Origin: a virus
Lineage: Duplodnaviria > Caudoviricetes
Reading direction: 5' to 3' (one strand)
Length of the DNA stretch: 64,000 nucleotides
Virus record (IMG/VR): IMGVR_UViG_3300029818_000001
Coordinates: 10,576 to 74,575 of that record
The position numbers and the translations under genes were made by a program. Shown here piece after piece: positions 1 to 9,620 of the stretch. The notes below the pieces were generated by a model, which worked only from the letters and a program-made list of their open reading frames with translations, was not told where the DNA came from and searched no databases. How positions within the stretch are numbered: position 1 is the first letter of the stretch; every line of letters starts with the position of its first letter.

Positions 1-30
1 TTCTTACTTAAGTCCGGCGATTAGGAGAAA

Positions 31-143
31 TTCGAATTCCGCCACTCAAAATGCCGCTCTCTTATATTTATAGTTATTAGTTATTTATTATCTTTAAATA
101 GTATTTATATATAGAGAAGCCGAATTTGAGTGGCGGAATTGAA
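31..143. repeat. Inverted-repeat/AT-rich element, copy 1 (origin-like)
   Basis: CCGCCACTCA (39-48) and TGAGTGGCGG (127-136) are inverted and flank a 78-bp, mostly A/T spacer. Its reverse complement aligns with 33401-33509. Confidence 0.85.
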
Positions 144-195
144 AAACGCCACTTTATAAACAATGGAAATGAAAAATATTCGCGGATTCAAAAAT

Positions 196-211
196 AAGTC
201 ACTGATGACTT
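196..211. promoter_or_regulatory. Palindromic operator-like site (perfect)
   Basis: AAGTCA-CTGA-TGACTT upstream of terS. Confidence 0.7.
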
Positions 212-337
212 GCAGCAAACAAGTTGCGGTGTTATATTATCGCCTGTCTGGTTTTATATTTAATCCTCTTAAGGGCGCTACTTTTCCCTTCGTATCGTCA
301 GCCTTGACAATCAAGCGCCCGTCTTTTGAGAGGTTGT

Positions 338-1108
338 ATGTCTGATCAGCCCAACTCAACCACCAAAAACGCCTTCAAGGGCTTTAAAGGCTCTGCTGAT
401 CGCTCCGAGCAAAAGAAAGTCGAGGCTCGCGAAAAAGCGCATCAGCGCATCAAAAGGCGTGGCAATCCCGACGGTTTTAAAGCCGTCACGGAAGAGCAGA
501 TTAAGGCTCGCGCCGAATCTAAGAAAAAACCGAATCTTAAGCCGTCTCAGATCGCCGAAATGGAAGCGATGTGGGAATCCGGCGAGGTCACGCTAAAAGA
601 GCTGGCAGAGCGCTTTAATCGCAGTCAGGATAATATCTCCAGACACATGACGCTGAACGGCGTCGTCAAGGGTGCCAAAGCCGAAGAATACTCTCGAATG
701 ATTAAGGAGAAAATCGCTCAGGAGTTGATGGGTGATGTCGGCGAACACGCTAAAAGAATTCGGCAAGCCAAAGATTACGCGTTAGGCCAAATTGATCTCA
801 TCAAGAAGTTGGCGGCTAACGAAATCATCGGTGCCAAAAAGAAAAACCTCAATCTGAGCTCAACTCTGCCAGCTTTGCGAGCGCTTGACCAATATATGAA
901 GGTGGTGTCGGGCTGTCGAAATGAAGAATACATTTTATTGGGCATCAAGGAGTTCGAAGAGAAGGTTGAGCAAGAAGATATCCCAGAGTTGATTGTCACG
1001 GAGTTGACAGGTGAAGAGATCGAGCGCATGAGACAGGAGCAGCGCGAGTTCGATCAGATGGTTGACGAAGCGGATACGGATGTCAACGAGATAGTGGATG
1101 AGTCATAA
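338..1108 (+). CDS. Terminase small subunit (HTH)
   Basis: Directly precedes and overlaps TerL; HTH-like segment TLKELAERFNRSQDNISRHM. ATG at 338 preferred over the ORF-track start at 326. Confidence 0.75.
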   Translation: MSDQPNSTTKNAFKGFKGSADRSEQKKVEAREKAHQRIKRRGNPDGFKAVTEEQIKARAESKKKPNLKPSQIAEMEAMWESGEVTLKELAERFNRSQDNISRHMTLNGVVKGAKAEEYSRMIKEKIAQELMGDVGEHAKRIRQAKDYALGQIDLIKKLAANEIIGAKKKNLNLSSTLPALRALDQYMKVVSGCRNEEYILLGIKEFEEKVEQEDIPELIVTELTGEEIERMRQEQREFDQMVDEADTDVNEIVDES

Positions 1109-3614
1109 CAGGATAAGACTGCACCCCGGTCAGATGACCGTTTGGCAATCCCCCGCGCGGTTTCGCGTGGTGGTGGCAGGGCGCAGATGGGGCAAATGCT
1201 GCAAGGCCGGAACGCTCATAGCTATGAGCGATGGCAGCTATAAGCGCATTGAAGACGTGGCCTCTGGCGATCAGGTGTTAACCATAAGCGAGAAGACGTA
1301 TAGTCTTGAGTCGAAGGCCGTCAAGCATGTTCACGACAATGGCGTTAAGGATATCGTTCGCATCGTAACGAGGTCTGGCAAGAGACTCGAAGTAACGCCG
1401 AACCACCCCATTCTAGTCAACAATGTATGGACAGAGGCTAAGGACGTCAAGCTCGGTGATCTAGCGGCAATACCTAGAGCCACAGTGTTTGGCGTTGATG
1501 AAGTGCGCTCTTGCGAGATTGACTTCTTGGCTATTTGGCTTGCGGAAGGCGACAGTAGCGGATATACGAATCAAACGCCGGAAATCATTGATGTAATGAC
1601 GAAGGCGTGTGGCGAGATGGGTGTTGAATTTGTAGATTCGGCAACTGGCGATCGAAAAGCCGGTCTGTATTGGCGCTGGAGAGGCGTTAAGCCTAGAAGT
1701 AACGCATGTATAGACTTGTTGAAAAAACATGGTCTACGTCATAAAAATTCCAAGACAAAGTTCATTCCAGATTGCATATTTAGACTGCCAAAGAGTCAAC
1801 TTGCGCGTTTTCTAAATTTGTTCATTGCTTGCGATGGGTCTATAAATCGCCGGAGTAAAAATACATGGGCCGTTGAGATCGCTTTGGCAAATGAGAAAAT
1901 GACTGAGCAGATTGCTGACTTATTTTTGAAGTTTGGCATTAGAGGTCAAATTTCAAAGAAGGTTCATAAGGCGAAAAGTTCGGTCAGTGGCGACAACTTC
2001 ATCTCTTGGCGATTTATTGTGTCAGATAGTAAGTCACTAATTACTTTTTGCGATCAAATAGGCGCATTGAGTAAAGAAAGTAAAGTCGCTAGAGCGAAAT
2101 TGGCCGCGTCTGCATCAAGAGGTAGCTGTAATTCTTATTTGCCTATATCTCACGATGATTTTATCGAGCATCTAAGCTATAAGCCCGTGTTTAAAGGTAA
2201 GTATGGCGGCTACAACTGCGTTGTTTCGCGCGATTTACCAGAGGCTTTGAGAGAGAGATTGAATGGCTGGCGCAAGCAGACACCAAGTAGAGTTTCCGAG
2301 TATCGCTATTCATTCATCAGAGAGTTTGGCGATGGCTATTTTGATCCAATTGCAGATGGGGATTTTGCGTGGGATGAGATATCAGAGATCGAGTGTGTCG
2401 ATAAGGATCAAACCTATGATTTGACGGTTGATGGCAATCATAACTTTATCGCAAATGGTCTGGTTACGCATAATACCGCACTGTCGAAAGCCTTAATCAT
2501 CCGCTACGCCAAAATGCCGCGCCGCAAGGTCTGGTATGTTGCTCCAACCTACCGCATGGCGAAGCAGATCATGTGGCAAGATTTGCAGGACACGATACCT
2601 CCGAGATGGGTTCGTAAAATGAATGATACCTCGATGACCATTTGGCTCATCAATGGATCAGTCATTGAGCTTAAAGGCGCAGATAATCCCGATACTTTGC
2701 GCGGCGTAGGTTTGGATTTCGTGGTGTTGGACGAATATCAGGATATGTCCGAAGACACCTGGCATCGCGTCTTGCGTCCAACGATGGCAGATACGCGCGG
2801 TCATGCGCTTTTCATAGGTTCGCCAAAAAGTTATAACTTACTGCATGATGCTTATATTCTAGGTCAAGACCCGATTCGTGTCGCAAAGCGACAATGGCAG
2901 TCGTGGCAGTTTCCCACCATTACCAGTCCATTTATTCCCGTCGAAGAGATTGAGCAAGCTCGGCGCGATATGGATTCGAAATCGTTTGCTCAAGAGTTTT
3001 TGGCTTCGTTCGAAACAATGGCTGGTCGAGTTTATTACGCCTTCGATCGTCACACCCACGTCAAAAAGTGCGAATTCAACCCCAATTTGCCAATTTGGAT
3101 AGGTCAGGATTTTAATATCGACCCAATGTCTTCGATCATTATGCAGCCGCAGTTGGATGGTAGCATTTGGGTGGTGGATGAGATTGTCTTATTTGGCTCA
3201 AATACCGAAGAGAGCGTCGACGAGATCGAGCGAAGGTATTATCGCTATCGTAACAATGTCACCATATACCCGGACCCTGCCGGAACTCAGAGACAACACG
3301 CCAGAGGCGAAACCGATCTGGATATCTTCAGAGAGCGTGGCTTTCGACGCATTAAGCATCGCGCGCAACACCCTCGGGTGGCTGATCGCGTCAACTGCTT
3401 TAATAAGATGCTGAGATCGACAGACGGCACGATAAGACTGTATGTGGACCCAAGTTGCAAAGGCTTAATTGAGTCGCTGGAGCAGACGATTTATAAAAAA
3501 GGCTCCAGGGATATTGACAAATCCATTAGCGTCGATCATGCAACAGACGCCGCTGGCTACTGCCTAGAAGTGGAGTTTTCGCGCAAAGTCAAGATTTTGG
3601 GCGTCAGTATTTAA
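1098..3614 (+). CDS. terL: Terminase large subunit, intein-containing
   Basis: Walker A GRRWGK/T (split by the intein), YVAPT, Walker B VVLDE, nuclease motif GQDFNIDPMS, C-terminal DHATDAAGY. Confidence 0.95.
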   Translation: MSHNRIRLHPGQMTVWQSPARFRVVVAGRRWGKCCKAGTLIAMSDGSYKRIEDVASGDQVLTISEKTYSLESKAVKHVHDNGVKDIVRIVTRSGKRLEVTPNHPILVNNVWTEAKDVKLGDLAAIPRATVFGVDEVRSCEIDFLAIWLAEGDSSGYTNQTPEIIDVMTKACGEMGVEFVDSATGDRKAGLYWRWRGVKPRSNACIDLLKKHGLRHKNSKTKFIPDCIFRLPKSQLARFLNLFIACDGSINRRSKNTWAVEIALANEKMTEQIADLFLKFGIRGQISKKVHKAKSSVSGDNFISWRFIVSDSKSLITFCDQIGALSKESKVARAKLAASASRGSCNSYLPISHDDFIEHLSYKPVFKGKYGGYNCVVSRDLPEALRERLNGWRKQTPSRVSEYRYSFIREFGDGYFDPIADGDFAWDEISEIECVDKDQTYDLTVDGNHNFIANGLVTHNTALSKALIIRYAKMPRRKVWYVAPTYRMAKQIMWQDLQDTIPPRWVRKMNDTSMTIWLINGSVIELKGADNPDTLRGVGLDFVVLDEYQDMSEDTWHRVLRPTMADTRGHALFIGSPKSYNLLHDAYILGQDPIRVAKRQWQSWQFPTITSPFIPVEEIEQARRDMDSKSFAQEFLASFETMAGRVYYAFDRHTHVKKCEFNPNLPIWIGQDFNIDPMSSIIMQPQLDGSIWVVDEIVLFGSNTEESVDEIERRYYRYRNNVTIYPDPAGTQRQHARGETDLDIFRERGFRRIKHRAQHPRVADRVNCFNKMLRSTDGTIRLYVDPSCKGLIESLEQTIYKKGSRDIDKSISVDHATDAAGYCLEVEFSRKVKILGVSI
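1197..2474 (+). mobile_element. 426-aa intein with LAGLIDADG homing endonuclease in TerL
   Basis: Starts C(CKAGTLI), block B VTPNHP, LAGLIDADG-like FLAIWLAEGD and FLNLFIACDG, ends VTHN, +1 residue Thr. Confidence 0.95.
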
Positions 3615-3620
3615 AAAAAT

Positions 3621-3668
3621 AAGTCACCAGTGAATAAATTACTTGCGCCAGTAAGTAAGTAATGACAT
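3621..3668. promoter_or_regulatory. Two operator-like sites upstream of portal
   Basis: AAGTCA-CCAG-TGAATA (3621-3636) and AAGTAA-GTAA-TGACAT (3653-3668), with CATACT at 3666-3671. Confidence 0.55.
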
Positions 3669-3697
3669 ACTATTGATAAATTTTTCAATGGCTTGTG

Positions 3698-5233
3698 ATG
3701 GATCAAGAAAAACTTAGAAAATTGATCGAAAAGAGACATCCTGAGTATGTCGATCTTTTGCCGCACTGGCGCTTCTTAGAGTCCTGCTACAAGGGCGGCA
3801 GAGCGTGGTTTAAAGATAACATTTTTCGATACATCAAGGAAGGCGAAACCGAATACGGCGATCGCATAGATAGAGCTTATCGATTTAATCACTCGCGTGA
3901 AGTGGTGGATTTGGTCGACAAGTATCTATTTAAGGCGCCCATTATTCGCAACACCGGCGACGCTTCGGATGAGGTTATTCTGTTTTGGGATAAAGCAACC
4001 AAATCGGGCTTAACTATCGATCAATTCATGAAGCAGTTGTCCAGAAAGACCTCCATCTTCGGCTCGGCTTGGGTTATTGTCGACAACACCTTCGTCGTCA
4101 AAGAAGAAGGGGTGATTAGCGTTGCAGACATTAAGGACTCAGGCGGTCAAATCTTTTCTTACTTGGTTACTCCTGATCGCGCATTAGATTTCGCCTACGA
4201 TGAAGATGGCGAGCTGTTGTGGCTTTTGGTTTATGAGGAAGTCAGAGACTCGCAAGACCCGTTCGAATCCAGCGGCGAGATGATAGATCGCTATCGTCTG
4301 TGGACTAAGATGGGTTGGTATCTGTTTTCCACAAGTAAAAGCCAAACCATTGGCGGCGACATCGTTGTGAATATCGAAGATTCGGGCGAGCATGGCTTAG
4401 GCATCGTCCCAGGCTTTCGCGTAGATAACTACATCACTGATGAGTTGTGGGCTGCGCCATCGCTAATCGGCGACATTGCCTATCTCGACAGAGCTGTTGC
4501 CAACTACCTCTCCAATCTTGACGTTATTATTCAAGATCAAACCTTCTCTCAACTGATAATGCCAGCGCAAGGCTTAATGCCAGGTGATGACGACTATAAA
4601 AAGTTGATCGAGATGGGAACCAAGCGCATCTTTCTGTATGACGGGGAGCGAGGTGGCGAGCCGAAATATATCGGCCCAGACCCGAAACAAGCCAATGTGA
4701 TTGTTGGGGTTATCTCCAAAATCATTAACGAGATTTATCATACGGTCGGCATGGCCGGCGAGCGCACCAAACAAGACAATGCGGTGGGTATCGATAACAG
4801 TTCTGGCGTCGCTAAAGCCTTTGACTTCGAGCGCGTGAATTCCTTATTGACCTCCAAGGCCGCCTCTTTAGAGAACGCAGAGCGCAAATTAGTTAAGCTG
4901 GTCAATCTATGGGCCGGCAATAAGAGTTTCGATGACACGCTGGTTCAATACGCCAGATCGTTCGACGTTCGTAGCTTATTTGACGAGTTTGATATTGCCG
5001 CCAGACTGTCGCTGATGGAAGCGCCAGACTCGGTGCGTCGTGAACAAATGGACATTATGATTGATAAGCTTTTCCCGATGTTGGGTAGCGATGTCAAGAA
5101 TAAGATGCGAGCTGAGCTGAAATCTTGGCCGCCTAAGATGGAAGATATTTCTGTCGGACCTTCTCTTCTGCGCGGGGCGAAAGCCGCAAACAACGAGAGT
5201 GAGAAGGCTGAAGATGTTAAGGGAGCCGCCTAG
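3698..5233 (+). CDS. Portal protein
   Basis: ~511 aa directly after TerL; SPP1 gp6-like layout including the SGVAKAFDF segment. Confidence 0.85.
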   Translation: MDQEKLRKLIEKRHPEYVDLLPHWRFLESCYKGGRAWFKDNIFRYIKEGETEYGDRIDRAYRFNHSREVVDLVDKYLFKAPIIRNTGDASDEVILFWDKATKSGLTIDQFMKQLSRKTSIFGSAWVIVDNTFVVKEEGVISVADIKDSGGQIFSYLVTPDRALDFAYDEDGELLWLLVYEEVRDSQDPFESSGEMIDRYRLWTKMGWYLFSTSKSQTIGGDIVVNIEDSGEHGLGIVPGFRVDNYITDELWAAPSLIGDIAYLDRAVANYLSNLDVIIQDQTFSQLIMPAQGLMPGDDDYKKLIEMGTKRIFLYDGERGGEPKYIGPDPKQANVIVGVISKIINEIYHTVGMAGERTKQDNAVGIDNSSGVAKAFDFERVNSLLTSKAASLENAERKLVKLVNLWAGNKSFDDTLVQYARSFDVRSLFDEFDIAARLSLMEAPDSVRREQMDIMIDKLFPMLGSDVKNKMRAELKSWPPKMEDISVGPSLLRGAKAANNESEKAEDVKGAA

Positions 5234-5252
5234 CGGCATTGTAACAATAGAG

Positions 5253-5290
5253 CCGAGTGACAGGTTCGAGTGTTTGACCGAGTGACAGGT
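5253..5290 (+). repeat. 13-bp direct repeat CCGAGTGACAGGT x2
   Basis: Exact copies at 5253-5265 and 5278-5290, partial CGAGTG between them, immediately upstream of the scaffold start. Confidence 0.8.
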
Positions 5291-5300
5291 CAGGTGAAAA

Positions 5301-6179
5301 ATGAAAAAACTAAAACTGTTTGAAAGATTGATGCTTTTGTTGATGGGCGTCCAGTTGATGAGTGTCGTGCCTGAAGGACCAGGCGGTCAGGGGGAAGCTG
5401 ACAAGCCAAGCGGCGGCGAGCAACAGGGAGACGACAGCAAGGATGCAAATGGTGACGACAATAAGGATATTGACGTTCCCAATAAAGACAAGGAAAAAGG
5501 CGAGTCAAAGCTCTCCGATGGCGAAGCAAAGCTTTTGCAAGAGCTGATGGAGAAGAAAAATTCGCTGAAATCAACTGCGGCAGAGTTGGCTCAAGTGAAG
5601 GAGCAACTGAAGCAGTTTGAAGGCGTAAATCTGGATGAAGTCAAAGCTTTATTGAAAGAGCGTCAGGAAAGCGAAACGAAGCAACTCGAAGCGAAAGGCG
5701 AGTGGGATCGGCTCAAGACTAACTTGGTTGAGCAGCATACTGCTGAGAAAGCCAAGCTGGAAGAGCAGATCAAAACACTGTCGGAGGCTTTAAATGGCAA
5801 GGATGAGTCCATTGTCGAGTTGACCATCGGCTCTGCATTCAGAGGCTCTAACTTTATCGCTGAAGAGTTGACGCTGACACCTTCGAAAGCGCAGATCATC
5901 TATGGGTCTCACTTTGAATATGAAGGTGACAAGTTGGTAGGTTATGACAAGCCACGCAACAGTAGCGAGCGCACCATGTTAATCGATGCCAGCGGCGAGC
6001 CGCTGAAGTTCGATGCGGCGATTGCAAAAATTATCGAAATGGATTCTGATAAAGATCGACTGATGAAGGCCAAAGTAAAATCTGGCGCCAATTCAGGAAC
6101 CGCACCGACTACCGGTCAACCTAGGCCCACTGAGTCTAAGGGGATTGGTCGTATCGCGGGGGCGCTGAATCAAAACTGA
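5301..6179 (+). CDS. Capsid scaffolding protein
   Basis: Charged coiled-coil protein with acidic Gly-rich N-terminal region, located between portal and capsid. Confidence 0.75.
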   Translation: MKKLKLFERLMLLLMGVQLMSVVPEGPGGQGEADKPSGGEQQGDDSKDANGDDNKDIDVPNKDKEKGESKLSDGEAKLLQELMEKKNSLKSTAAELAQVKEQLKQFEGVNLDEVKALLKERQESETKQLEAKGEWDRLKTNLVEQHTAEKAKLEEQIKTLSEALNGKDESIVELTIGSAFRGSNFIAEELTLTPSKAQIIYGSHFEYEGDKLVGYDKPRNSSERTMLIDASGEPLKFDAAIAKIIEMDSDKDRLMKAKVKSGANSGTAPTTGQPRPTESKGIGRIAGALNQN

Positions 6180-6204
6180 CGGCGTGAGTTTGTAAGGGAT
6201 AAGT

Positions 6205-6220
6205 AAGTCACGGATGACTG
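6205..6220. promoter_or_regulatory. Operator-like site upstream of major capsid gene
   Basis: AAGTCA-CGGA-TGACTG. Confidence 0.65.
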
Positions 6221-6272
6221 TTTTTTAGGAATAAAGGAAATTTTTTAAGGATAATCTTAAGGAGATTAGGGA

Positions 6273-7202
6273 ATGGCATTACTCATTGATGAGGCTAAGA
6301 AGTTAAGTAACAACCAATTGGAAATCGGCGTCGTTGAAGAAATCATCGACAAAGAAGACCTCTTTTCCATTCTGCCGTTTATGTCGATCAACGGCAAGGC
6401 GTATGTCTACAACCGCGAAAACGCGCTGTCTGAAGGCGACTTTCTCGATCCAAGCGAAACCGTGAACGAAGGCGCGGCAACCTTCACTGAAGTTGTTGCC
6501 AAATTGCGCATTCTGATCGGCGACGTGGATGTCGATAAATTCATGCAAGGCACTTTGAGCGATCACAACAACCAAAAAGCGATTCAAATCGCTCAAAAGG
6601 CAAAGGGTCTCGCTCGTAAATTCAAACGCACTTTGGTTATTGGTAATGCAACCAGTTCGCCAAAAGAGTTTGACGGCTTGGGTGAAATTGCCAAAGCCAT
6701 CACTGTTGGCGACGCAAGCAGAACAGTTGCGGCAGCCACCAATGGTGCGGCTTTGAATCTGTCCATGCTGGATCGACTGTTGGATGCCGTGCCAAACGGC
6801 GCCGATGCGTTGTTTATGCCTTCTCCAGTCGTTCGTGCCTTCCGTGCGCTAATGAGAACTACTGGCGGCGGCACCTCTGCGGCTGAAATCATGATGCCAG
6901 CCTTCGGCCGTCCTATGTTGACGCATAACGGTGTGCCTATTCTGGTGAATGACTTCATTCCGCTGAATGAAACTCAGGGCACCGCGGATGGCGTAACCAC
7001 TTCCGTTTATGCCTTGCGCTTAAACGAATATGACGGCTTACACGGTCTGTATGGTGGCGGCACGGCGGGTATCGTTGTTGAAGACATTGGAACCGTTCAG
7101 GATAAGGACAGCACAAGAACGAGATTGAAGTGGTATTGCGGTTTAGCCTTGAAATCGACAAAATCGATGGCAAGACTGAAAGGCTTGACGAATATCGTTT
7201 AA
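6273..7202 (+). CDS. Major capsid protein
   Basis: 309 aa after the scaffold, strong RBS (AGGAGA), followed by a terminator; HK97-fold-like C-terminal RTRLKWYCGLAL. Confidence 0.85.
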   Translation: MALLIDEAKKLSNNQLEIGVVEEIIDKEDLFSILPFMSINGKAYVYNRENALSEGDFLDPSETVNEGAATFTEVVAKLRILIGDVDVDKFMQGTLSDHNNQKAIQIAQKAKGLARKFKRTLVIGNATSSPKEFDGLGEIAKAITVGDASRTVAAATNGAALNLSMLDRLLDAVPNGADALFMPSPVVRAFRALMRTTGGGTSAAEIMMPAFGRPMLTHNGVPILVNDFIPLNETQGTADGVTTSVYALRLNEYDGLHGLYGGGTAGIVVEDIGTVQDKDSTRTRLKWYCGLALKSTKSMARLKGLTNIV

Positions 7203-7224
7203 AGTCAGCGGTTTATGATTTTAG

Positions 7225-7250
7225 GAAGGGGCGCAAGCCCCTTCTTTTTT
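7225..7250 (+). terminator. Rho-independent terminator
   Basis: GAAGGGGC-GCAA-GCCCCTTC followed by TTTTTT. Confidence 0.9.
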
Positions 7251-7308
7251 GTCTGCGAATTGTGGGCTAAAAAACTGATTTACAAGGAATTTATTTTTGT
7301 GTTAGAGT

Positions 7309-7324
7309 AAGTCACCTATAACTT
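7309..7324. promoter_or_regulatory. Operator-like site
   Basis: AAGTCA-CCTA-TAACTT just before the ORF at 7340. Confidence 0.6.
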
Positions 7325-7339
7325 ATTTATGGAAGAGTA

Positions 7340-7732
7340 ATGCCGCGCTTAATTATTAAACAACCTGGCATGGAGACCTACACCGGCTTTATGTCGGATG
7401 TCGAGTTCATTGATGGTATCAGCATCGAAGATGTGACTAAGTTGCAAGCGCAGCGCATCGCAGGTGCGATCGCTGTCGAGATGGAGGATGGCGCTGACCC
7501 CAGTGCTGCATCTGAATTGCTACGGTTAAAAGCAGATCAAGCTCAGCCTGAGTTCAAGGAGCCTGAAGCTGTCGCCCCAGTCAAGCCTAATTATGATTTT
7601 ACCGAAGAGTCTCTTATGGCGATTGCCGACAAGGATGGCATTATCGGTCTGCGTGAGTTCGCCAAGTCTTATGGCATCAAAAGCAACTCCATTATGGGCT
7701 TGATCGACGCTCTGTTGGCGCTCAAGGCTTAA
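7340..7732 (+). CDS. Hypothetical virion-associated protein
   Basis: 130-aa ORF with RBS in the head-gene block; short helical C-terminal domain. Confidence 0.65.
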   Translation: MPRLIIKQPGMETYTGFMSDVEFIDGISIEDVTKLQAQRIAGAIAVEMEDGADPSAASELLRLKADQAQPEFKEPEAVAPVKPNYDFTEESLMAIADKDGIIGLREFAKSYGIKSNSIMGLIDALLALKA

Positions 7733-7736
7733 TTGA

Positions 7737-8492
7737 GTGGATATCTACCGCAATAACCAATCTGTCGCACTGACGGTCGAAATTGACGGGCCTGCTCTGT
7801 CGGCTACTTATCGCGTTTTCGACCAAAATGATCAGGTTATTATCGACACCATAGAGGTTGCCGGATTTATCCAGAATAGCGTTGCTGTCGATATCATCGT
7901 CGACGCTGCGTTTAATCAGCTAGCCGAAGGTGAGGTTAGAGCCATGCGTCGCGTTGAGATTACGCCTTATGACGTAAATGGTGCGCTTAAAACCTCTACA
8001 GTCGAATACATTATCGAGGCTTTGCCGACATCGATCATAGGTGTCAACTCTTATCAGACGCTTAGTCAGGCTAAGTTGACCGCTATGGATATGCCTCATT
8101 TGGATATCTGGAACACAGCAGACGACAGAATGATTGTGTCGGCCATGACCGAGGCACACTTTCGATTGGGTCAGTTTGCTTATCGAATGGAAGACGATCG
8201 CGGTCTTGATATCGTGGTTGAGAACATCCGAAGCTTAACGATTAATGACTTGCTTTTGTTGCCATCAGCCTTTTTGATCGCCTTACGCAAGGCGCAAATA
8301 TCCGAAGCCGACATTGTGATGGGCGGTGGCTCAGTTCATCGCAAGCGTGAGGATGGTCTAATGAGTGACACCGTTGGTGAGTCCAAGATTATGTTTAGAC
8401 CTGGTAAGCCAGTTGTGTTGCCTGTGGATCGCCGCACCTTGAGCTACCTGAGCGGCTACATTTATCACGGATTGTCGCTAACCAGAACATGA
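7737..8492 (+). CDS. Head-tail adaptor/connector-like protein
   Basis: Position after capsid; GVNSYQTLSQA motif and C-terminal SDTVGESKIMF resemble adaptor proteins. Confidence 0.6.
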   Translation: MDIYRNNQSVALTVEIDGPALSATYRVFDQNDQVIIDTIEVAGFIQNSVAVDIIVDAAFNQLAEGEVRAMRRVEITPYDVNGALKTSTVEYIIEALPTSIIGVNSYQTLSQAKLTAMDMPHLDIWNTADDRMIVSAMTEAHFRLGQFAYRMEDDRGLDIVVENIRSLTINDLLLLPSAFLIALRKAQISEADIVMGGGSVHRKREDGLMSDTVGESKIMFRPGKPVVLPVDRRTLSYLSGYIYHGLSLTRT

Positions 8493-9247
8493 TTGATCTG
8501 ATTGATCGCACCTCGCTTAATGCGGCCACTCATTATGCCGACTTCATTCGGTCGCTGCGTGGTGAGTTATCGCGCATTATGAGTTTACCCAACCCTGGCT
8601 CGCCGTCTGCCCGTCGTCAATTTACTGCCGGTGGTCATCACTTGATCGAGAGTCATCTGGAGAGTATTTCGAGACTGCTGGATCAGGGCTTCGGCGAGAT
8701 ATGGGCGGGCGCACTTGGAAATGCTTTGACCGGCGAGGAAGCGAATGAAGATTTAAGGGGCTTGAGAGATAGTCTAGTCTCCGTTGTCGATGGAGGGCCG
8801 AATGATCACCTGCTGGCGGCGATACGGTCCTTCATGAGTAGAGATGTCGAATATGGCGCACAACAACTGAAGCGATTGGCTTTCGACATTGTGACCATGA
8901 TGTCTGATACGTCGCTCAATAATGCCATTCGCGGGGCGGTGGTGAAAAGCATCGTGGGGCGTCACAACTACACTCACAAAAATAACAAGGAATGGCCGAC
9001 AATTCGAAAGACCCGTCTGTCAATTCGGCATCATTTGCTTAAAACGCACAATGAGATAGTCATATTGGTCGGCACCTCTAAGGGAGAGCGTCAGTTTGTT
9101 GTTAAGAATGAATCTCAAGAACACCGCAATCATGGCATGGAGTTTACGATCGATAGAGACGGCGACTTACCCTGGTATCACGATATCGAAGCCACGGTAT
9201 TTCATCCGAACTCCCGATCGCTAGTGTCCAGAAAGGTAAGTAAATGA
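8489..9247 (+). CDS. Putative minor head protein (MuF/SPP1 gp7-like, divergent)
   Basis: C-terminal FHPNSRS resembles the HPNCRC signature; located in the neck region. Confidence 0.4.
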   Translation: MIDLIDRTSLNAATHYADFIRSLRGELSRIMSLPNPGSPSARRQFTAGGHHLIESHLESISRLLDQGFGEIWAGALGNALTGEEANEDLRGLRDSLVSVVDGGPNDHLLAAIRSFMSRDVEYGAQQLKRLAFDIVTMMSDTSLNNAIRGAVVKSIVGRHNYTHKNNKEWPTIRKTRLSIRHHLLKTHNEIVILVGTSKGERQFVVKNESQEHRNHGMEFTIDRDGDLPWYHDIEATVFHPNSRSLVSRKVSK

Positions 9248-9253
9248 TGACTG
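9238..9253. promoter_or_regulatory. Operator-like site
   Basis: AAGTAA-ATGA-TGACTG across the stop codon at 9247, upstream of 9273. Confidence 0.5.
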
Positions 9254-9272
9254 ATATTTCACGGATGCGATT

Positions 9273-9620
9273 ATGATTTTTCCAAACGTCCCCTGTCGGA
9301 TTTTTCAGCTATTGGGTGACAAAGACGAATACGGCGAGAGTCAATACGCGCGACCAACGCCAGCGCATTGCTCGGTAGTCAAGCTAAGTAATAGCTCTAA
9401 ATCCACCAGCGTTAGAGCGGATAGCTCGGCCTCGCGGGGCAGCGCTAAGGAGGTATTGGCTGACGCGCGGCTGCTGTTTAGCGTCAATACGCAGATCAAA
9501 ATTGGCGATCGTCTGGAGATATACGGCTTTAAGCTGGAGGTGTCTAGCGTTCGTGCGCATTTTCAGGTCTTTCAGAACAAGATAGATCATTGGCAAGTGG
9601 ACTTAAACGCATGGGCGTAA
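9273..9620 (+). CDS. Head closure/head-tail joining protein
   Basis: 115 aa, beta-rich, N-terminal DEYGE turn; typical position. Confidence 0.6.
   Translation: MIFPNVPCRIFQLLGDKDEYGESQYARPTPAHCSVVKLSNSSKSTSVRADSSASRGSAKEVLADARLLFSVNTQIKIGDRLEIYGFKLEVSSVRAHFQVFQNKIDHWQVDLNAWA

Noticed and set aside
304-309. Perfect TTGACA upstream of terS
   Set aside because: No credible -10 hexamer at 16-18 bp spacing.
163-345. 60-aa ORF upstream of terS
   Set aside because: Runs through the operator/promoter region with no RBS or recognisable protein features; probably spurious.
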